Notes: generated by a model from the sequence alone, not told the origin. DNA of 64,000 nucleotides from Gemmatimonadales bacterium (GCA_041615815.1 JBFJCP010000008.1:1-64000); one strand, 5' to 3'. Numbered from the stretch's first letter, positions 1-9,688 are shown. Translations and numbers: made by a program.

Positions 1-773
1 CAGCGGAAGGTCGCGATCACCGGTGCGTGATCGGAGGGCTTGCTTCCCTTTCGCTCGTCGCGATCCACGAACGCCTCCCGGCATCGGGAGGCCATGGGCT
101 GCGTGCAGAGGATGTGGTCGAGCCGGAGTCCGTTTCCCTTGGGGAAGGCGAGTTGGCGGTAATCCCACCACGAGAAGGGTCCCGGTCCATCGTGATGAAG
201 GCGGATTGAATCTATCAACCCCCATTCCATCAGATCCCGCAGCGCGGCGCGGCCTTCTTCGTGACACAGAACGGACTCCCGCCATTCGTCCGAACGCGCC
301 ACGTCCCGGTCTTGAGGCGCCACATTCAGGTCACCGCAGACCAGGAGATCGTCACTGGACTTGGCATTGCGTTCGAGGAATCCCCGGAGCCGTTTGAACC
401 ATTCGAGCTTTCGTACCCACTTGTCGGTCCCGACGGCGGTGCCGAGTGGCACGTAGGCGCAGATCACGCGCACGCCGTCCACGGTGGCGGCGATGAGCCG
501 GGCCTCGGTGTCCCCGGGATCGTCGCCCAGACCTTTCTCGATGTCCGCCAGCCTATTGGGACTGAGGATGGCGACACCATTGTAGGTCTTTTGACCGAAG
601 ACTGCGGCATGATACCCCGCTGCCTGGAGAACATCTCGCGGGAACTCGTCGTCCTCTACCTTGGTCTCCTGCAGACACAGCACATCTGGTGCTCGGCGGG
701 CCAGCCAATCTAGCAAGCGCTCCGTTCGGGCCCGAATCGAATTGACATTCCAGGTAGCGACGGTAAGGGTCAC
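1..773 (-). CDS. xth: Exodeoxyribonuclease III (AP endonuclease); stop codon falls at the window edge
   Basis: Manual translation from GTG at 773: (M)TLTVATWNVNSIRAR...VLCLQETK...GQKTYNGVAILS...CGDLNVAP...FSWWDYR...GLRLDHIL...KPSDHAPVIATFR. All ExoIII motifs are present. Missing from the ORF track because the stop is cut by the window edge. Confidence 0.95.
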   Translation of the reverse strand, partial: MTLTVATWNVNSIRARTERLLDWLARRAPDVLCLQETKVEDDEFPRDVLQAAGYHAAVFGQKTYNGVAILSPNRLADIEKGLGDDPGDTEARLIAATVDGVRVICAYVPLGTAVGTDKWVRKLEWFKRLRGFLERNAKSSDDLLVCGDLNVAPQDRDVARSDEWRESVLCHEEGRAALRDLMEWGLIDSIRLHHDGPGPFSWWDYRQLAFPKGNGLRLDHILCTQPMASRCREAFVDRDERKGSKPSDHAPVIATFR

Positions 774-943
774 CGCGGCACCCGAATAGCGACCCCAGCA
801 CCCACGAACCAGTCATCTGCGGCACGATTGAGCCCCACGCCCGCGCTAATGTCGAGCTGAACATTGTCCCGAATGCCGAACGTCAGACCGCCGTCCAGCG
901 AGACGGGATCGGGGGCGCCGCTTTCGAGACCCACAGCACCGCT
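770..943 (-). pseudogene. C-terminal fragment of an outer-membrane beta-barrel ('transporter'/phenol-MetA-like) gene
   Basis: 57 open codons SGAVGLESGAPDPVSLDGGLTFGIRDNVQLDISAGVGLNRAADDWFVGAGVAIRVPR*, with alternating beta-strand pattern. Its TGA overlaps the xth GTG (GTGA). No signal peptide or strong start. Confidence 0.6.
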
Positions 944-2116
944 CTAGAAATATGTCGCGACCGAAAACAGAATCCCCGCCATGTCGGCCGGATTGTTGAA
1001 CCGGTCCCGTGCAACTCCGCGCAAGTAATTCAGTTTCAGCACCGTGTCCTGCGTGGGACGGAAGTTGAGTCCAAGCGTCACCCGACGCTCCATGTCACCT
1101 TCCAGGTCTGCATCGAAATCCATGACGTCCAACCGGGCGCCCACCGAGAAGAACGACCGTGGCATCACCGGAATCCATCCCTGGCCGAAGTCGCGCAGCA
1201 CTTCGACGTAGACCCCTCGCTGCCCTCCCGCGAACAGACCGACCAGTGACGGGGGGAGCTCGATATCGGCGAACGCCGCTTCTCCCGTCATTCGGAACCC
1301 CAGCGCTTCGGCGTCCACGTCGACCGCCCAAATCGTGAGGTTGCGCCGGTCGTCGAGCTCGAGCCCCTCGGCTTCGAACACGTTGTACGCGCCGTGGTGC
1401 GCCGACAGCCCGACCTCCAGACCGAGGTTGGGGCTGACCGCCAGCCGCCCGACGAACGCAGGAGAACGGTTGCTATCCTCGAAGTTCGCGCGGCCCTGGG
1501 GGATCCGCGTGCCGTCCTCCGAATCCAGCAGAAGCCCTTCATCGAAGCCGTTGACTGCGTACAGCTCGTAGGTGACCCGGCCCTCCCTTCCGAGGGGGAA
1601 GAGCCCCAGGAATCCCAAACCCGGCTCCGACAGCGCCGTACCGATCAGCTCGGTAGAGACGAGCGGACGATCGGTGAACTCGTTCTGCGGACTGTCGTGG
1701 GCCAGGTTGAAGCGACCGAGGGGCGACAACAGCATACCGGCCCGAAAGATCAGCGACTGATGGAGCGCGACGTCGATGGCGGCGTACTCGAGCTTGATCT
1801 CCTCGGCGCCGTCCTCGAACTCCACCTCGGCGCCTATCCGAATGAAATCGCTCACAGCCGTCGAGGCGAAGATATTCCACCGTTTGGCCTCGAACCCGGC
1901 CTCCTCGTTCGCACCGTCGACCCGCATCAGTCTCGCGTGCGCTTCCGCGTAGCCACCGATGGCGGTCCGTCCCATCAAACGCGTGAGATACGGTTTGTCG
2001 TAGACCCCGCCACGCACGAACGGCCGGTCCGAAGCCTCCGTGGTGTCGGTCTCCTGCGCTCGGAGGGGCGCCGCGACGAGCAGGGCGGCGGCGCCGAACA
2101 TCACGACTGATCTCAT
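944..2116 (-). CDS. Outer-membrane beta-barrel/porin-like protein
   Basis: Signal peptide MRSVVMFGAAALLVAAPLRA, amphipathic strands, C-terminal YF (BAM signal). ATG at 2116 overlaps the Rieske stop (ATGA). Confidence 0.8.
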   Translation of the reverse strand: MRSVVMFGAAALLVAAPLRAQETDTTEASDRPFVRGGVYDKPYLTRLMGRTAIGGYAEAHARLMRVDGANEEAGFEAKRWNIFASTAVSDFIRIGAEVEFEDGAEEIKLEYAAIDVALHQSLIFRAGMLLSPLGRFNLAHDSPQNEFTDRPLVSTELIGTALSEPGLGFLGLFPLGREGRVTYELYAVNGFDEGLLLDSEDGTRIPQGRANFEDSNRSPAFVGRLAVSPNLGLEVGLSAHHGAYNVFEAEGLELDDRRNLTIWAVDVDAEALGFRMTGEAAFADIELPPSLVGLFAGGQRGVYVEVLRDFGQGWIPVMPRSFFSVGARLDVMDFDADLEGDMERRVTLGLNFRPTQDTVLKLNYLRGVARDRFNNPADMAGILFSVATYF

Positions 2117-2535
2117 ACCGGTCTCCGCACGTCGATTTCGATGATGCCGTCCGGGCTCACGCTGGTCGCGAATCGGTCCAGTGGGTGTTCGGTGGGTCCT
2201 CGCCGGACCGCGCCGTCCCGAGCATACCGCGACCCGTGACAGGGACACACGAACTCCTGCCCCTTGAGGTCTACGATGCATCCGAGGTGCTTGCAGACCG
2301 GGGAAAGCGTCACCACCTCACCCGAGGCCAAGCGCACGACGTACAGCGGGGTGGAGCCGCCGTCCGGAAGGATCCGAATCGCCCCTCCGACCCGTTCGAG
2401 CTCCGGATGGTCACGCAGGGGTAGCCGGACGAGGCCGCCCACCGGCGTCACCAGCGTCGTGGGACGCGCGCCGCAGCCGGTGATGATGCCCGCCAAGAGC
2501 ACGGCGCCCGACTCCACGAACCGGCGTCGATCCAC
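2113..2535 (-). CDS. Rieske [2Fe-2S] protein with Tat/lipoprotein signal
   Basis: DRRRFV twin-arginine motif, ITGC lipobox-like site, CKHLGC and CPCHGSRY Rieske motifs. Confidence 0.92.
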   Translation of the reverse strand: MDRRRFVESGAVLLAGIITGCGARPTTLVTPVGGLVRLPLRDHPELERVGGAIRILPDGGSTPLYVVRLASGEVVTLSPVCKHLGCIVDLKGQEFVCPCHGSRYARDGAVRRGPTEHPLDRFATSVSPDGIIEIDVRRPV

Positions 2536-2537
2536 GG

Positions 2538-3764
2538 TTACCTCGACTCGACGAAGTCGAGCAGGGCCGCTCGGTCGTCCGCGGCCAGCGCCCGGAAGGC
2601 GTCTGCCGCCTGCTGCGCTTCCCCGCCGTGTAGCTCGATCGCCTCTTCCACCGAGCGCGCCCGACCGTCGTGCAGCAAGAAGGCGTCGCCGTTCAAGAAG
2701 TCACGCATGATCCGCAATCCCCACAGCGGCGCGGTGCGCCACTCCCGGCCGTCGGCGCTGCCGTCGGGACGATTGTCGGCGAGCACCTCACCCATGTCGT
2801 GCAGCAGAAGATCGGAATAGAGCAGGACGGGCCGGTTGGCCACTGCGGCGATGGGACTCGGGCCGGTTCGCAGCTCGGGCACGTGGCACGCACTGCAGCG
2901 GATCTGCTCGAACACGGCACGCCCCCGCTCGCGTCGCGGGGTGCTCTCGCCGGGTGCCGGCGGGGCCAGCATCCGCAGGTACGCGACGACGGCTCGCACC
3001 GTCGGAGTGGGCAGCTCGGGGTCCTCCACTTCATCGGCAGCCTGAGGATCGCCGCCAGCCTGCGGGTTGAAGTTCTCTTCGGTCAGAAACTCAGTCGTGA
3101 TCCCGATATCCTGATGGTAGGCCTCGACCGTCTGCTGGAGGATGGTGGAGACCTGCGCCTTGCGGCTGAAGCGGCCGAGCTGCGGGCCCGCACCGCCTCC
3201 GGGCTCGGACGTGGGAACCCACTCCGGGGGCGTGACCCAATTAGGCCGTCCGGAAATGCCGTCTCCGTCAGCGTCGCTTGGGTCGGCGAGCGCGGCGATA
3301 TCCTCGTACGGAATCGCCTCGATCAGCCCCACGCCAAACACGGGTGGCGGAAGTCTCACGGAGCGATCGACACCGGGCGGCAGCGTTTCGGGCGTCGCGC
3401 CGGGAATGGCGCGGTCCTGAAGCTGGGGACCTCCGATGTCGAACGCGGGGTCGGCTCCGCGACTGAACCGGGTGAGTGCGTTCTCCGGCCTGCCGCGCCC
3501 ATCGCCGCTGTGGCAGTCGGCGCAGGAGGCATTGTTGAAGATCGGGCCCAGACCGGTCGTCGCCGAGAATCGCTGCCCGAAGGCCTCGTCCCCGCGGGCA
3601 AAGGCCCGTTGCTCTTCCGGAGTGAGTCCGGGGAGCGGAGCGTCAAACAGGTCCTCGTCAACCGGTGCTTCCGTGAGCAGAGTGTCGCACGCCGCCACGG
3701 TAACCATGACAGCGCCTGCAGACAGCCAGCTCCGAAGCGACAATACCCGGCTGCAACGTGCCAT
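2538..3764 (-). CDS. Di-heme oxidoreductase (DHOR) family lipoprotein
   Basis: Two CxxCH motifs (CADCH, CSACH), GLGPIFN, GISGRPN, YSDLLLHDMG, WRTAPLWGL, LLHDGRARS; VAAC lipobox. Confidence 0.9.
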   Translation of the reverse strand: MARCSRVLSLRSWLSAGAVMVTVAACDTLLTEAPVDEDLFDAPLPGLTPEEQRAFARGDEAFGQRFSATTGLGPIFNNASCADCHSGDGRGRPENALTRFSRGADPAFDIGGPQLQDRAIPGATPETLPPGVDRSVRLPPPVFGVGLIEAIPYEDIAALADPSDADGDGISGRPNWVTPPEWVPTSEPGGGAGPQLGRFSRKAQVSTILQQTVEAYHQDIGITTEFLTEENFNPQAGGDPQAADEVEDPELPTPTVRAVVAYLRMLAPPAPGESTPRRERGRAVFEQIRCSACHVPELRTGPSPIAAVANRPVLLYSDLLLHDMGEVLADNRPDGSADGREWRTAPLWGLRIMRDFLNGDAFLLHDGRARSVEEAIELHGGEAQQAADAFRALAADDRAALLDFVESR

Positions 3765-3850
3765 AAGTCAAACCCTCGTAATGACTTGAACGAACGCTTA
3801 CGACTTAGCCAGAGCGGTGACGGGAGTTCGCGCGGGCTTTTGCTCAATAT

Positions 3851-3887
3851 TTTGGTTGTCTAATATATAGATGTTGTGTGCCTAATT
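3851..3887. promoter_or_regulatory. Candidate DtxR/MntR-type metal-repressor operator (two sites 22 bp apart)
   Basis: AT-rich segment with TTGGTTGTCTAAT (3852) and TTGTGTGCCTAAT (3874), upstream of the DHOR operon. Confidence 0.4.
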
Positions 3888-3980
3888 TCAACCCGGGGGG
3901 GCGACCGACTCGTGTAGCGGCAATCGGCGGACTAACTTCTCGTTCGCCGGACCAAGGGGGATACCATCGGGTCACTGGCA

Positions 3981-4757
3981 TTGCGGGGGAAATGCGCGCT
4001 CGTGTGCGGCAGCACGCGCGGAATCGGTCGGGCGGTGGCTTTTGAGCTCGCCCGCCTTGGCGCGCAGGTCACCCTGCTGGCCCGGGACCGGGAGGCGCTC
4101 GAGCGCACCGCGAAGGAGCTCCCACGGACGGGGGGCAGCGCGCACGATGTCTTGCATGCCGATTTTGACGAGCCCTCGCGAGTGGGGGACGCGGCCGCGT
4201 CCTATGTCGCCGCCCACGGGCCGGTGCATGTCCTGGTGAACAACACAGGGGGGCCGCCAGCCGGGCCAATCACCGAGGCCACACCACCCCAGTTTCTCGC
4301 CGCCATCGAGAGCCACCTGATCTGCAATCACCTGCTTGCACAGGCGGTGCTTCCGGGAATGAAGCAGTCCGCCTACGGGCGGATCATCAACATCGTCTCG
4401 ACCTCCGTGAAGCAGCCAATTCCGAACCTGGGCGTGTCCAATACCGTGCGGGGGGCAGTGGCGAGTTGGGCGAAGACGCTCGCGAGCGAGGTCGCACGAT
4501 TTGGGATAACGGTGAACAACGTCCTGCCCGGTGCGACGCTCACCGATCGCCTGCGCTCGCTCATGGAAAGTCGGGCGCGGGCTTTGGGGGTCACCCCAGA
4601 GGAAATCGAAGGGACCATGAAGGCCGAGATCCCCGCGCGACGATTCGCCGAACCCGGAGAGGTGGCAGCGGCTGTTGGCTTCCTCGCGTCACCGGCCGCG
4701 GGCTACATTACGGGAGTGAGCCTACCGGTGGACGGGGGCCGAATCTCCTGCCTGTGA
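3981..4757 (+). CDS. SDR family oxidoreductase with atypical active site
   Basis: CGSTRGIG Rossmann motif, VNNTGGP, NNVLPG. SNTVR replaces YxxxK. Confidence 0.9.
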   Translation: MRGKCALVCGSTRGIGRAVAFELARLGAQVTLLARDREALERTAKELPRTGGSAHDVLHADFDEPSRVGDAAASYVAAHGPVHVLVNNTGGPPAGPITEATPPQFLAAIESHLICNHLLAQAVLPGMKQSAYGRIINIVSTSVKQPIPNLGVSNTVRGAVASWAKTLASEVARFGITVNNVLPGATLTDRLRSLMESRARALGVTPEEIEGTMKAEIPARRFAEPGEVAAAVGFLASPAAGYITGVSLPVDGGRISCL

Positions 4758-4760
4758 GTG

Positions 4761-6236
4761 ATGACCGAACTCAAGAATTACATCAACGGTGAGCTGGTCG
4801 AGCCCATCTCCGGTCGCTTTCTGGAAAATGTGGAGCCAGCGACCGGCGAGGTGTACTCCCGCGTACCCGATAGTGATGCGGGCGATGTGGATAGCGCCGT
4901 GGCAAGTGCAGAGCGCGCGTTTCACGATTGGTCTCGGACGCCTGCCGATGAGCGAGCCCGCGTGCTCCTGCGAATCGCCGATCAAATCGAATGTCGGTTG
5001 GAGGAGTTTGCCCGGGCGGAATCCGTCGATACGGGGAAGCCCCTTGCCCTGGCACGAACAGTGGATATTCCGCGAGCCGTTAAGAACTTTCGCTTTTTCG
5101 CAACCTCCATTCTCCACCTGAAGTCCGACGCGCATCATACGGACTACCGCGCCATCAACTATACGCTACGCCGCCCACGTGGCGTGGTGGGTCTCATCTC
5201 GCCGTGGAATCTCCCACTGTATCTGCTGAGCTGGAAAGTGGCACCGGCGATCGCCGTGGGGAACACGGCGATTGCAAAACCCTCCGAGCTCACACCCATG
5301 ACCGCATTTCTCTTGAGCAAGTTGGCGATCGAGGCGGGCCTCCCGCCGGGCGTGCTCAACATCGTGCATGGGGCGGGCGCCCGAGCCGGAGAAGCCCTTG
5401 TGGTGCACCCGCGGGTCCCAACATTGTCGTTCACCGGTGGGACTGCGACGGGTGCTCGGATTGCCGCGAATGCAGCGCCCAAGTTCAAGAAACTCGCCCT
5501 CGAGCTCGGTGGTAAGAATCCCAACATCGTCTTCGCCGACGCCGACCTGGATGCCGCATTGGAAGGGAGTCTACGCGCCGCATTTGCCAACCAAGGACAA
5601 ATCTGCCTGTGCGGCTCACGCCTCTTCGTAGAACGGCCAATCTACGACGAATTTGTAGACCGCTTTGTGACCGGCGCCAAGGCGCTTACCGTTGGCGATC
5701 CGCTCGACGAAGACACTCGACAGGGTGCGTTGGTCTCGCAGAGCCATTACGAGAAGGTGATGGCATATGTGGACCTTGCTCGGCAGGAGGGAGGGCGGAT
5801 TCGCACCGGCGGCCAACGGCCGCCCGCACTCCCGGCACGATGCCAAAACGGGTTCTTCATCGAACCGACGGTGGTGACCGATTTGAGTGTGGGCTGTCGG
5901 ACCAATCAGGAAGAGATCTTTGGACCGTTTGTCTCGATCGTGCCGTTCGATTCCGAAGGAGAAGTGATCCGTTACGCGAATGCCACCCCCTATGGACTAT
6001 CCGCCTCGGTATGGACCGAGAACCTCTCCCGTGGCCATCGGGTGGCAGAGGGACTCGAGTCCGGCACCGTATGGGTCAACTGCTGGTTACTGCGCGATCT
6101 GCGGGTCCCGTTTGGTGGTATGAAACAGAGTGGCGTGGGTCGAGAGGGTGGAGAAGAAGCGCTCCGATTCTTCACGGAACCCAAGAACGTCTGTGTCCAG
6201 GTCCCCGGGCTGGACCGTGCCGGAGGCGTGGAGTGA
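4761..6236 (+). CDS. Aldehyde dehydrogenase, likely 2-aminomuconate-6-semialdehyde dehydrogenase (ALDH8-like)
   Basis: ISPWNLPLYLLSWK, FTGGT, LELGGKNP, NQGQICLCGSR, EEIFGP motifs; kynurenine cluster context. Confidence 0.9.
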   Translation: MTELKNYINGELVEPISGRFLENVEPATGEVYSRVPDSDAGDVDSAVASAERAFHDWSRTPADERARVLLRIADQIECRLEEFARAESVDTGKPLALARTVDIPRAVKNFRFFATSILHLKSDAHHTDYRAINYTLRRPRGVVGLISPWNLPLYLLSWKVAPAIAVGNTAIAKPSELTPMTAFLLSKLAIEAGLPPGVLNIVHGAGARAGEALVVHPRVPTLSFTGGTATGARIAANAAPKFKKLALELGGKNPNIVFADADLDAALEGSLRAAFANQGQICLCGSRLFVERPIYDEFVDRFVTGAKALTVGDPLDEDTRQGALVSQSHYEKVMAYVDLARQEGGRIRTGGQRPPALPARCQNGFFIEPTVVTDLSVGCRTNQEEIFGPFVSIVPFDSEGEVIRYANATPYGLSASVWTENLSRGHRVAEGLESGTVWVNCWLLRDLRVPFGGMKQSGVGREGGEEALRFFTEPKNVCVQVPGLDRAGGVE

Positions 6237-6679
6237 CCAAGCATGGCGCACGTGGTCCAAAGCCCAGGCCTGAAGAAGTGGTGAGCGACCGTGCCCCTGA
6301 GCCGGTAGGCGCGTTCCCTCACGCCAAGCGGGTGGCCAATCTCCTCTTTCTTTCGGGGATGGGTCCCCGTAAGCGTGGGGCGACCACCATCCCGGGGGTG
6401 ACGATGGACGCCAGCGGCAAGATCGTCGACTACGACATCGAGACCCAATGTCTGGCCGTGTTCGAGAACGTTCGCACGGTGCTCGAGGATGCGGGGTCTC
6501 GCTGGGAAAACATTGTCGACGTGACGGTGTTTCTCACGGACATGAAGCGTGACTTCCCGCAATTCAATCGATTATACGCGGAGCACTTTGCCAGTAACCA
6601 ACCAGCCCGAACCACGGTTGAGGTGACCCGGCTGCCCACCCCCATTGCTATCGAGTTGAAGGTGATCGCGACCGTCTGA
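6233..6679 (+). CDS. RidA/YjgF family protein, likely 2-aminomuconate deaminase
   Basis: GTG overlaps the ALDH stop; APEPVGAFPHA...LFLSGMGPR...PARTTVEV..LPTPIAIELKVIA. Confidence 0.88.
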   Translation: MTKHGARGPKPRPEEVVSDRAPEPVGAFPHAKRVANLLFLSGMGPRKRGATTIPGVTMDASGKIVDYDIETQCLAVFENVRTVLEDAGSRWENIVDVTVFLTDMKRDFPQFNRLYAEHFASNQPARTTVEVTRLPTPIAIELKVIATV

Positions 6680-6725
6680 GCCACCACGCAAGAATACCCC
6701 AACCCACCTTGCCAACCCCGCCCGA

Positions 6726-7343
6726 TCACAGTGTCCGGAGAATGGCCCTCACAGGACTCCCGTCGAACCCCACGAGCTTCAGTGGAAGAGCGATCAGCTC
6801 GTAATGGCCGTCGGGGACGTCGTGGAGCACCAATCCTTCGAGAATCGAAACATCTCGCTCGAGACATTGCTTGTGTGCGGGCAGACGCTTCGAGTCTGAA
6901 GGATCCATGCTCGGTGTGTCGATCCCGACGAGTGTAACGCCCAGGTCGCTCAGGTGTTCGATCGCCTCGGGGGCGAACGCCGCAAAATCTTCGTTCCACT
7001 GCGTGGGATCCGGGAACGTGCCCGTGGCTATGAGGACTCTCGGGGCATCGATTCTGTCCCCGATGATTCGAGGCGTCACCAGCGTCCCGCGACCCACGTT
7101 CACGTGTATCACCTGACACGGGCCCAAATACCGGTCTAAATCGACCCTATCCACCGTGGGTGCGGCCGCCCCGAAGTGGCTCGGCGCATCCGTGTGAGCG
7201 CCCACATGCACGGTGGAACGCACCGTGGAAAGTGTGAGGTGCGCACCGCTCTTCATATCCATCAGCACTTCCCGCGAGAATGGCGTGTCGCCCGGGAATA
7301 CTTTGATTTCTGGCGAGACGGGCGGTGAGATGTCGTAGATCAT
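6726..7343 (-). CDS. kynB: Kynurenine formamidase (cyclase family)
   Basis: MIYDISPPV..FPGDTPF, HVGAHTDAPSH metal motif, GIDTPSMD, DGSPVRAIL. Confidence 0.92.
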   Translation of the reverse strand: MIYDISPPVSPEIKVFPGDTPFSREVLMDMKSGAHLTLSTVRSTVHVGAHTDAPSHFGAAAPTVDRVDLDRYLGPCQVIHVNVGRGTLVTPRIIGDRIDAPRVLIATGTFPDPTQWNEDFAAFAPEAIEHLSDLGVTLVGIDTPSMDPSDSKRLPAHKQCLERDVSILEGLVLHDVPDGHYELIALPLKLVGFDGSPVRAILRTL

Positions 7344-7515
7344 CGGGCGCGGGTGTTCAGGCCCGCAGCGACTGCGGACCGCCTGCGCCCGGCAGACGCA
7401 CGAGCGGGGTGCGGCGCTGCAACGATCGGGAGAGCAACCATGCACCCTCGACCCACTCCTCGGTTCTCGCCGCGCTCTCCCTGTTGCCCTCTGCGCAACT
7501 GGCTGCTCGGTTCGC

Positions 7516-8298
7516 TCACAGTTTCTCCCGTACCGCCCAGAGATCGTGAAACACGGGAAGGAAGAGCGACTGCTTCAGGAAGTCCACGCCCAACGAACCG
7601 CCGGTGCCACGTTTGTGACCGATGGCTCGTTCGGCGAGCTTGACGTGCCGGTACCGCCACTCCTGCATCCCCTCATCCACGTCGGTCATGAGCTCAAACA
7701 GGATGGCCACGTCGGGGCGTTCTCGGTAGAGCCGCAGCACTCCTGCCTGCACCTGCTCATTCGGGCCGGCCGGCAGCAAAGGATCCTTCTCCTTCAGTGT
7801 CTTCGGAATGGCGACGCCCTGCTGCTCGAGGAAGTCATAAAAATGATCCACGATCGTCGGTTGCCGGAGCCGCTCGTCGAGTCGACGCCGCTCGGCTGAC
7901 CCCTTGTCGAAGGCCTCGACCATTTGCGGACGTTTGTAACCCAGCACGAACTCTACCTCGCGAAACTGCCATGATTGAAATCCCGACGCCTTCTCCAAAC
8001 GCTCGCGGAAGCCCATGAACGACATGGGAGTCATCGTCTCAAGAATGTCGAGCTGCCCCACCAAGGTCTTCATCACGGTCCGGATTCGCTTGAACGTCGC
8101 GATGGCGCCAAACAGGTCATTGGCTGACAGATCACGCTTGACCTTCCCCAACTCGTGGAGCAGGAGCTTGAACCACAGCTCGTAGACCTGATGGATGACG
8201 ATGAACAGCAGTTCGTCGTGTTCAGGGGGATCCGACCGGACCTCCTGAAGATCTAGCAGCTTGTCGAGCTTGAGATACGCACCGTATGTCAGGTCCAT
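7516..8298 (-). CDS. kynA: Tryptophan 2,3-dioxygenase
   Basis: LTYGAYLKLD, EHDELLFIVIHQVYELWFK, ASGFQSWQFR, WRYRHVK..ER.IG.KRGTGGS.G. Confidence 0.95.
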   Translation of the reverse strand: MDLTYGAYLKLDKLLDLQEVRSDPPEHDELLFIVIHQVYELWFKLLLHELGKVKRDLSANDLFGAIATFKRIRTVMKTLVGQLDILETMTPMSFMGFRERLEKASGFQSWQFREVEFVLGYKRPQMVEAFDKGSAERRRLDERLRQPTIVDHFYDFLEQQGVAIPKTLKEKDPLLPAGPNEQVQAGVLRLYRERPDVAILFELMTDVDEGMQEWRYRHVKLAERAIGHKRGTGGSLGVDFLKQSLFLPVFHDLWAVREKL

Positions 8299-8347
8299 CG
8301 GCTCTCGTCCAGTTGGTCTCTCGGGCACAAGATCAGCAGCGCCGGTA

Positions 8348-9688
8348 TCAGGAGTCACGCAGGAGCAGTCCAAAAGCCACCACGAGGACGCCAACCAGTA
8401 CCCACCCTACGACTTGCACCACGCGCCATTGGTAACGGTCTCGCTCGACTGCATCTGCGTAGGGAATCCGGCTGAACGTTACCATGGTGTACAAGGGAAC
8501 GAACCACCTTGGAAATACCCGATGAAGGATCTTTTCCAGTCGCTTCCTCGCCAGAAACGCCCGCGACGCCACCCGGTCTCGCATCTCGATGAAGTTGTCC
8601 ACCGCAAGGGTCGCCAGCGCATCGGCATGGGGTTTCCGCTGTGCGCCAAACGTCGCGAATGCCCGCTCCCAGTCCGGTGCCATGTTCCGCAGGCAATGAT
8701 CCAACACAACACAATCCTCGAAGGCCGCATTGGCACCCTGTCCGTAGAAGGGAACAACGGCATGACAAGCATCACCCAGCAACACGATGCGATCCTGAAA
8801 GTGCCACGGACTGCATCGTACCGTGACCAGCGAACTCGTTGGATTCTGGAAGTAGTCCTCTACTAACGTGGGCATGAGCGGCACGGCATCGGGAAACGTT
8901 TCACGAAAGAACCCTTCGACGTCCGCGTCGGTCTTCAAATTGGCAAAGCTATTGGGCCCTTCGAACGGCCAGAACAATGTGCAGGTGAAGGAGCCGTCCT
9001 GGTTCGGCAGAGCGATCATCATGAAGCCACCACGGGGCCAGATGTGCAACGCATTCGGCGCTAGCGCGAATCCACCGTCTGCACGCGGTGGAATCGTCAG
9101 CTCCTTGTACCCGTGGTCGAGATACACCTGCTCATAGTTGAAGCGATCGAGGCGGTACATCTGACGACGCGTGACCGAGAACGCACCGTCCGCCGCCACG
9201 ACGATGCCGCCATCGATGGTCTGCACGGCGCCAGAAACTGTGTCTTCAAAAACGACCGCGGCGTTCTCGAGATCCACGTCCACGCACTTCTTATCGAAGC
9301 AAAGTTGCACGTTCGGCTGCGATGCTGCCGCTTCGATCAAGAGCCGGTTCAACCCGTTGCGGGAAACGGAGTTGATGACTTGAGTTGGGTCCACACCATA
9401 TGGTTGGAAGGTGAGCTTCCCGGTGTCGTCGTGCATCATCCGGCCGCGCATCGGCACTGCCATCTCCAACACCGTCCCGGCGAGATCCACGCCTTCGAGC
9501 GCGTGAAGGCCGCGCGTCGAGATAGCAAGATTGATCGAACGACCACCGGCCAGGGGATCGGTGCGCGGATCGGCCCGCCGGTCGTACACAGCAACGTTGT
9601 ACCCTTGACGACCCAGATAGATGGCCATCAGTGCGCCGGACAGGCCGGCGCCCAAGACCGTGAACTTCGCGTCCGGGCCTCGGGTCAC
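8348..9688 (-). CDS. kmo: Kynurenine 3-monooxygenase (FAD-dependent)
   Basis: GAGLSG, GRSINLAISTRG, GYKELTIP, ALHIWPRG.FMMIALPN.DGSFTCTLF, GDACHAVVPFYGQG. Confidence 0.93.
   Translation of the reverse strand: MTRGPDAKFTVLGAGLSGALMAIYLGRQGYNVAVYDRRADPRTDPLAGGRSINLAISTRGLHALEGVDLAGTVLEMAVPMRGRMMHDDTGKLTFQPYGVDPTQVINSVSRNGLNRLLIEAAASQPNVQLCFDKKCVDVDLENAAVVFEDTVSGAVQTIDGGIVVAADGAFSVTRRQMYRLDRFNYEQVYLDHGYKELTIPPRADGGFALAPNALHIWPRGGFMMIALPNQDGSFTCTLFWPFEGPNSFANLKTDADVEGFFRETFPDAVPLMPTLVEDYFQNPTSSLVTVRCSPWHFQDRIVLLGDACHAVVPFYGQGANAAFEDCVVLDHCLRNMAPDWERAFATFGAQRKPHADALATLAVDNFIEMRDRVASRAFLARKRLEKILHRVFPRWFVPLYTMVTFSRIPYADAVERDRYQWRVVQVVGWVLVGVLVVAFGLLLRDS

Noticed and set aside
23..713. Plus-strand ORFs 23..397, 27..209 and 261..713
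   Set aside because: Antisense shadows of xth, which has clear motifs on the minus strand.
944..946. Pyrrolysine or programmed amber readthrough of the porin
   Set aside because: The porin ends in a canonical YF signal and no pyl genes are in the window; a gene scar is simpler.
5609..6232. 356-aa ORF suggesting a long RidA fusion
   Set aside because: The N-terminal part overlaps the ALDH in another frame; the real gene starts at GTG 6233.
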